DNA of 64,000 bases. It comes from the human T2T-CHM13v2.0 reference genome, Homo sapiens. Where the stretch lies: assembly GCF_009914755.1 (NCBI RefSeq), contig NC_060928.1; one strand, given 5' to 3'. The notes beneath the pieces are model-generated. The model did not search any database and was not told where the DNA came from. It saw only the letters and a program-made list of their open reading frames with translations. Shown here piece after piece: positions 56,381 through 64,000 of the stretch. Position numbers and translations under genes: made by a program. Position 1 is the stretch's first letter, and each line of letters starts with the position of its first letter.

Positions 56381-58832
56381 TTTTTTTTTCATTAAATTTC
56401 TGGGATACACATGCAAAATGTGCAGGTTTGTTACATAGGTATACATGTGCCATGGTGGTTTGCTGCACCTATCAATCCGTCATCTAGGTTTTAAGCCCCA
56501 CATGCATTAGGTATTTTTCCTAATGCTCTCCCTCCCCTTACCCCTCACTTCCCCGACAGGCCCCAGTGTGTGATGTTCCCCTCCCTGTGTCCATGTGTTC
56601 TCATTGTTCAACTCCCACTTATGAGTGAGAACATACACTGGTTTTCTGTTCCTATGTTAGTTTTCTGAGAATGATGGTTTCTAGCTTCATCCATATCCCT
56701 GCAAAGGACATGAACTCATTCTTTTTTATGGCTATATAGTATTCTATGGCGTATATGTGCTACATTTTCTTTAAGCAGTCTATCATTGATGGGCATTTGG
56801 GTTGGTTCCAAGTCTTTGCTATTGTAAATAGTACTGCAATAAACATACGTGTGCATGTGTCTTTATAGTAGAATGATTTATAATCCTTTGGCCCTATACT
56901 GGTAATGGGATTTCTGGGTCAAATGGTATTTCTAGTTCTAGATCCTTGAGGAATTGCCACACTGTTTTCCACAATGGTTGAACTAATTTACACTCCCACC
57001 AACAGTGTAAAAGGGTTCCTATTTCTCCACATCCTCTCCAGCATTTGTTGTTTCCTGACTTCTTAAGGATCTCCGTTATAACTGGCTTGAGATGGTATCT
57101 CATTGTGGTCTTGATTTGCATTTCTCTAATGACCAGTGGTGATGAGTTTTTTGTCATGTTTGTTGGCTGCATAAATGTCTTCTTTTGAGAAGTGTCTGCT
57201 CATATCCTTTGCCCACTTTGTGATGGGGTGTTTTTTTTTGTTTTTTGTTTTTTGTTTTGTAAATTTGTTGAAGTTCCTTGTAGATTCTGGATATTAGACT
57301 TGTCAGATGGATACATCGCAAACGTTTTCTCCCATTCTGTAGTTGCCTGTTCACTCTGATGATAGTTTCTTTTGCTGTGCAGAAGCTCTTTAGTTTAATT
57401 AGATCCCATTTGTCAATTTTGGCTTTTGTTGCAATTGGTTTTGGTGTTTTAGTCATGAAGTCTTTGCCCATGCCTATGTCCTGAATGGTATTGCCTAGGT
57501 TTTCTTCTAGGGTTTTTATGGCTTTAGTTTTATGTTTAAGTCTTCAGTCCATCTTGAGTTAATTTTTGTATAAGGTGTAAGGAAGGGGTCCAGTTTTTTT
57601 TTTCTATATATGGCTAGTCAGTTTTCTTAGCACCATTTATTAAATAGGGAATCCTTTCTCCATTATATTTCAGGCCAATATCCCTGATGAACATTTATGT
57701 GACAATCCTGAATAAAATACTGGCAAACCAAATCCAGCAGCACATCAAAAAGCTTATCCACCACGTTACAGTTGGTTTCATCCCTGGGATGCAAGGCTAG
57801 TTCAACATACGCAAATCAATAAACATAATCCATCACATAAACAGAACCAGTGACAAAAACCACATGATTATCTCAATAGATGCAGAAAAGGCCTTTGATA
57901 AAATTCAACACCCCTTCATGCTAAAAACACTCAATAAACTAGGTATTGACGGAACATATCTCAAAATAAGAAGAGCTGTTTATAACAAACCCATAGCCAA
58001 TACCATACTGAATGGGCAACAGCTGGAAGCATTCCCTTTGAATACTGGCACAAGACAAGGATGTTCTCTCTCACCACTCCTATTCAACATAGTATTGGAA
58101 GTTCTGGCCAGGCCAATCAGGCAAGAGATAGAAATAAAGGCTACTCAAATAGGAAGAGAGGAAGTCAAATTGTCTCTACTTGCAGATGACATGATTGTAT
58201 ATTTAGAAAACCCCATCGTCTTAGCCCAAAAACTCCTTAAGCTGATTAGCAATTTCAGCAAAGTCTCAGGATACAAAATCAATGTGCAAAAATCACAAGC
58301 ATTCCTATACACCAATAATAGACAAACAGAGCCAAATTATTAGTGAACTCCCATTAACAAATGCTACAAAGAAAATAAAATACCTGGGAATACAACTTAC
58401 AAGGGATGTGAAGGACCTCTTCAAGGAGAACTACAAACCACTGCTCAAGGAAATAAGAGAGAACACAAACAAGGAAAAGCATTCCATGCTCTTGGATAGG
58501 AAGAATCCATATCATGAAAAATGGCCATATTACCCAAAGTAATTTATAGATTCAATGCTATTCCCATCAAGCTACCATTGACTTTCTTCACAGAACTAGA
58601 CAAAACTACTTTACATTTCATATGGAACCAAAAAAGAGCCCATATAGCCAATACAATCCTAAGCAAAAAGAGCAAAGCTGGAGGCATCATGCTACCTGAC
58701 TTCAAACTATATTACAAGGGTACAGTAACCAAAACATCATGGTACTTGTACCAAAACAGATATATAGACCAATGGAACAGAACAGAGGCCTCAGAAATAA
58801 CTCCACACATCTACAACCATCTGATCTTCGAC
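56381..58832 (-). mobile_element. L1PA7-like 5'-inverted (twin-primed) insertion
   Basis: Antisense 3' part at 56381-57665; sense ORF2 RT part at 57666-58832; TSD gaagatgacatgatttt at 56367 and 58833. Confidence 0.95.
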
Positions 58833-60061
58833 GAAGATGACATGATTTTATAAATAGTAAAACTCAAATACTTCTCCAAAAAAACTCTTCACTCCCAACT
58901 TTAAAATACATTACAAGGCTAATGAAACCAAAACAGCATGATATTAGTATAAAAATAGACACATAGACCAGGGGAACATTAAATAATAACCCAGTAATAA
59001 ATTCATATATTTATAGTGAACTGATTTTTGACAAAAGTGCCAAGAATATTCACTGGGGAAATAACACTCTCTTCAATAAATAGTGCTGGTATAACTGGAT
59101 ATCCATACAAAGAAGAATGAAACTAGACTCCTACCTCTTACTATATAAAAAGATCAACTCAAACTGGAGAGGAGATTTAAACATAAAATCCAAAACTAGT
59201 AAAAGACAGGGGAAAAGGTTCAGGACATTGGGCCAGGGAAAGATTTTACAAGAATTCTGATTTCCTGCTGGGAAAATGTTGCCAGAGGCCTTTACCCTAA
59301 GGGTAGAGGATGTTCCTCAATTACAATACAGACTTGTTCCCTGGAATTGACTGCCTAGTTCATCAATCTCTATCACTCTTGCTACAAGGAGGACCTCTGG
59401 GAAGTCATTCTTTATCTATAATCCTCCTTACCTGCTTTTGGAGCAATATTTCCTGGTGACTAAGCAGCTTTCTCAGACTGTTTTCTATGTGTAGAAAGTT
59501 GGTAGCTCTGATGTGTTTTAACATTTAAGTACACTGTCTAATTTGTTTCAGGACAACAGTGATTTTGCTAATAAAACTTTCTTTAAAACTATAGATTTCC
59601 TATGTGTTTGATGCCAGTGAAGGTTAACTGCTAAAAGCCAGAAATGCTAGTTTCCTTTTTTCTTTATGTTAATATTTTTAGGCTTATTGCTCTTTCTCTT
59701 GAGACATAATTATGATTCTTTTTACATTTCAGATATCTCTAGGACCACATCCTTGGGTTTTCCAGTAGCTCTTTGATTCAGCTCAAATAATGTACTAGAA
59801 GCCACTTTAATTCATTCAGATATCTCAACAAATGGTGTTACATTCTTATCTAGTGCTCTGGACTTTTGGCTTTTTCCTGGAGTTATGTTGTAATGGTTAT
59901 GATTTGATTTTAACCCTGCAATTTATGTTTTTTTCTATATTCCCTCTCATCTTTGATTTCAAACCCCAGATCTTTTCTAGACTAATTTTCCTCCCTGTAG
60001 AACCTTACCAAATGCAGCAAGTAGCATTTATCTCATGCTTTCAAGACTCTTTTTATTTTAC

Positions 60062-60301
60062 TTTTTTTTTTTTTTTTTTTTTTTTACAAGGTCTCACTCT
60101 GTTGCCCAGGCCAAAGTGTGTTGTTGTGATAATAATCCACTGCAGCCTTGACCTCCTAGGCCAGGTGATCTTTCTGTCTCAGCCTCCTGAGTAGCTGGGA
60201 CTGCAGGTGTGCACCACTATGCCCAGCTAATTTTTTGTATATTTGTAGAAACAGGGTTTCACTGTGTTGCACAGGCTGGACTCGAACTTGTGGGCTCAAG
60301 C
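60062..60301 (-). mobile_element. AluJ, 5'-truncated
   Basis: Poly-T, cactgcagccttgacctcc, ends tgggctcaagc. Confidence 0.88.
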
Positions 60302-60699
60302 CCACTTTGATGAAAGTACAAGTTCATCCTGTATTAGTTTTGTCTTCCATGTTAGCCATAGGCAAATGTTTTATCAAATACTTTGCTATCACATACCACA
60401 GCTCACTATTTATCCAGCCTTCATTAGGAGTTTAAGAGTTTTCCTGTAATCCAGTAGCCCATCTCAATGCCAGTAGCCCATCTCAATGCCAGTGTGACTC
60501 ACTCTAGGTGTTAATGCAGCACTCCCCATTCTAGCTATGAATTAATACATTAATCAGCTATTGGTACAAAACGTAGCACTTTCAAATTCAGTATTATACC
60601 ACAGTAAGTATTTATTTGCAATGAGAATTGTCATTTATTCTCAGTAACTATTTTCACAGGGGCTCAATTTTGCTGGGGTGATTTTGCTTCATCTATCTT

Positions 60700-60950
60700 T
60701 TTTTGGTGGAGGGTGGGGGGCAGTCTAAAGACACAAAAGCTCTGTCTTTATGGCAGAGATCAAAATCTGCCAGAAAGTTGAGAATGCCCAAAGATACCTC
60801 TTCAGGCTTACATTTGGAGTTTCCTTTTGCTTCTATTGACTAAAGCATCTCATATAGCAAAGGCCAAAATCAATGAGGTATGAAAATATACTCTACTTAC
60901 AGTGGGGCAGGAAATATACTATTTGCTGAACCATATGTAAATATTCACAC
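60700..60950. mobile_element. MLT1-like LTR remnant
   Basis: ctattgactaaagcatctcatatagcaaaggccaaaatcaatgagg...aaatatactctac. Confidence 0.4.
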
Positions 60951-63289
60951 TGCCTAACTTATTTTCATCTTCTCAGATTCTCATCCATTTTCTTCTTTCA
61001 GCTATTATAGTGAGATAGGTGTCTTCTATCTTTATCCTGATTCTAACCTCATTCTGTCCTTCCATGGATACCATGTTTGTCATGCCACCTTTGTTATAGT
61101 TTTAATACCTTCCCTACCAGAAACTTCAGATTTAACCCTTATTCTCAACTCACTTCTATTTTAGTTAAAAAGTTCTCTCTTGACGCTCTATCACCTCTAT
61201 TCTCTATAACTGGTTTTGACTCTTAAAACCTAAACCTACCCCACTACCCATACTCTCAACTATTCACCTCCATCCCCCACTAAATACAAGCACACAAATG
61301 AGGATACCTGTACATATGCACAATACTCTATGTTCCTTTAATTTAGGGGTCATATATTTCTTATAAGGCCAGAGCCATGCATATTACATATCATATAAGA
61401 GTCAAAAATTTTAAATGAATAAATCAGAATTGAATATGACAAAGTATTTTGAGTTGAATAAATGAAATGTAAAGTGAAGCAAACTTAGGTCAAATTTTTC
61501 TTTGAGCTTTCCTAGTTCTTTGTGTATGTTTTTCCTATCCACTCTCACAGTTAAATTGCTTGTATTTCTTGTTAATGTCTTTGCCATTTAGTAATCTCAC
61601 TCATGTTTGACTTACTTACTTTAATCAGCCGTGGGCTAAAGTGCTTGATTACCAAGCCTATTAAGCACACTTGAGTGATACAACTCGGACTAAGAGCTCT
61701 TATGAGTAAAGGTTATACATGTGGAATGGGCAGAAATACTTGAATTCTGTGTCACCTGATTGTCTGTAGTTTCTGTGAAGGTGAGGTCAGGACTGACCTT
61801 CTCATCATTATAAACAGCACATATCAAATAGTAAACCCCGAGTGAGTGGGTGAATGCATGACTGTTCCTGGCTGATATCCTGCTTCCAGACAATATGGAT
61901 TACCAAACGAGCGTCCTCTGCCTCTATGTGGGATTATTATGTGTACTTTTCATTCAGGCATGAACTACATTCCTGATAATGAAACATTAGTACTCTTTCA
62001 AATTACATCCACTGTAAAATTACAAAAAAAAGGAAATTATTCATGAAGTTAAACAAAATTGAAAATGGGTTATAATTCTTTTTCTAAGAAGTTTTTGAAC
62101 AGATGTTTCTTAACTAGTTTTAATTGAATGGAAATAGAATTCTCTGCAGTATGTGCTGTATTGGCAATGCCAACTCTCATTAAAATAATAAATTCGGAAT
62201 AAATTTTATTAGTATTTTGAAGTAAAAATGAGAAACCTATAAGAAAAAATATTATAATATTTGCTTTTAATAACATTATAATATTTATCTTGTATCTTGC
62301 ACACAGGGAGGTTTAAAGGAATACTTTTGTCCACTTATCAGAAAAATTAATCATAACCTCCTCTGCAATAAACACTTTTTGGGTCCATTATTGGTTTACA
62401 ATAAAATATAAGAAAACAATGAATGTCAGGATACTCCCCTGCTGAGGCAAATGGTATTTTTCCCCGTTCAATTTCCATGCACAAAATTGCTGATGTTCTT
62501 CAGTAGGTGTTCACTTATTAGAAAAAGTCAGAATCAGAAACTGGAAGTTGATTGAAAAATCTTAAGAAAAATGAAAGCAAGATATCTTTCTAAATCACAT
62601 CATTTGATAAAAGTCATTGCACATAAAAAAGCATTAAGGAGTCTCTATTATAATACAAATCACATTTCTAAAAGTCTTTCCCAAAATTTGTTTCAAAGCT
62701 TTCACGTCCCTACACACATACTGATTATATAATGTGGGGACTATTTCAGGATTTAAACATAGACAGTTCAGTGCAAAGTAGAGTTGGTGACATTTCCAAC
62801 ATGTAATTAATGAATAATTAATTTGTGTCAGAGGGTAGAATTTAGTCTTTCTTAGCAAAGAGACTTTTATGAAATAATCAGTTAGGAGATGAATGGGAAA
62901 ATCAAGCAGGTAAAAATATCCGTGATTGTCAATGAAAAGTTTCCCCAAGATTTAAAAGTAGAGACACACCAAAATATTCATTAAAATTTTTAAAAGTCAC
63001 ATATGTATATTTTTACCCAATTAGAAAGAGATATATGTATTACTATGAAGGAAAAACATTAACCTCAATATATATTCTTAATTACTCCAAAATCTAAACT
63101 ATAAAACCTGGGAATCAAATAAGTTTTCAAAGAGAATAATTTGAAAATCCTAACAGATAGATGCAATTGGCTACCTGGTAATAAAAATATAACTGAAAAC
63201 ACAAAATACCTGGAAGAGCACCACTGTCTTTTGTAGAGGGCCTAACATATACTAGGTATATCGATGATTTTTTATTAAGGATTTGATTT

Positions 63290-63440
63290 AGCACTCACAA
63301 TAACAAGTGACGTAGTTTCTATAATTCCCAATTTACAGATAAGAAAACTGAGGCTCAGAATTTTAAAGCTTAGAGAATTCTAACTCTCACATATACATAA
63401 GTAGCAGATAGGATTGAAATCAAAGAACTCAGTACTCCAA
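63290..63440 (-). mobile_element. MIR
   Basis: cccaatttacagataagaaaactgaggctcaga. Confidence 0.75.
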
Positions 63441-64000
63441 GAGTTTTCAGCAACATGATTTCCTGATAACATATTTTATCTTGCAGAAATCTTATAGCAG
63501 TAACAACATTAAGAAATGTTGACCATCAAATGACTTTAATTTTCTCTGTATACTAGTGAGTTGAACAACTAATTAGAGATGTATTATAGACATCAGGGTC
63601 TAAGGACTTGGAGTGAGAACTAGAATGCAAATTAGACGTAAATCATAAATATATAAATAGAGATTTGGAAAAAAATATGTATATATATGCACATAGTAGT
63701 TGAAATCATGAGTTTCAAATATAAAGCCCCCAAAGGTCAGATAGATGGCCTGGCCTGAGAGATAATGACAAATAGTGCAGAATAAATATTGTTTAGAATA
63801 AAGGAAAATCAACAGAGTTTTGCACTCAGAAATTAAAAAAGAAATAAAACAAGTGAAGAAGGAAATGTCAAATTTAGACAATTTCAACCAGTTACTCCAC
63901 AGAGAAAAACTGCTTACTGAACCACTTTATATTTTATTTTCTTCTTGAATTTTTAGGGTGACAGGTTGTAAATTTTGCCCCCAAGTCCTACTGAGGGTGG

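Noticed and set aside
57864-58853. Reverse-transcriptase-like ORFs (LADDMIVY)
   Set aside because: Frameshifted fragments of L1 ORF2 inside a truncated, inverted insertion; not a novel RT system
61784-61799. Estrogen response element
   Set aside because: The spacer is 4 nt; a canonical ERE needs 3

Overview
Primate (human-like), AT-rich, CpG-poor non-coding DNA, mostly transposable elements. I see no credible protein-coding gene: the long ORFs in the track are decayed L1 ORF1/ORF2 pieces or chance frames in THE1/MST/Alu. The window has three large nested L1 complexes (about 1.76-12.85 kb, 32.36-42.47 kb and 51.2-59.25 kb), two complete MaLR proviruses (THE1 at 24.8-27.1 kb, MSTA-like at 34.6-37.2 kb) and a dense solo-LTR cluster (43.5-50 kb). 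It also has 10 Alus, MIR/L2 relics and a Y3 RNA retropseudogene at 23.2 kb. I cannot support a new biological system. The most interesting signals are mutational or retrotransposition scars: a twin-primed inverted L1 inserted into an older L1's RT motif, an L1 truncated at its 3' end that still seems to have a TSD, and several templated inversions or duplications. Subfamily names come from my recall of consensus sequences and need RepeatMasker/Dfam confirmation.
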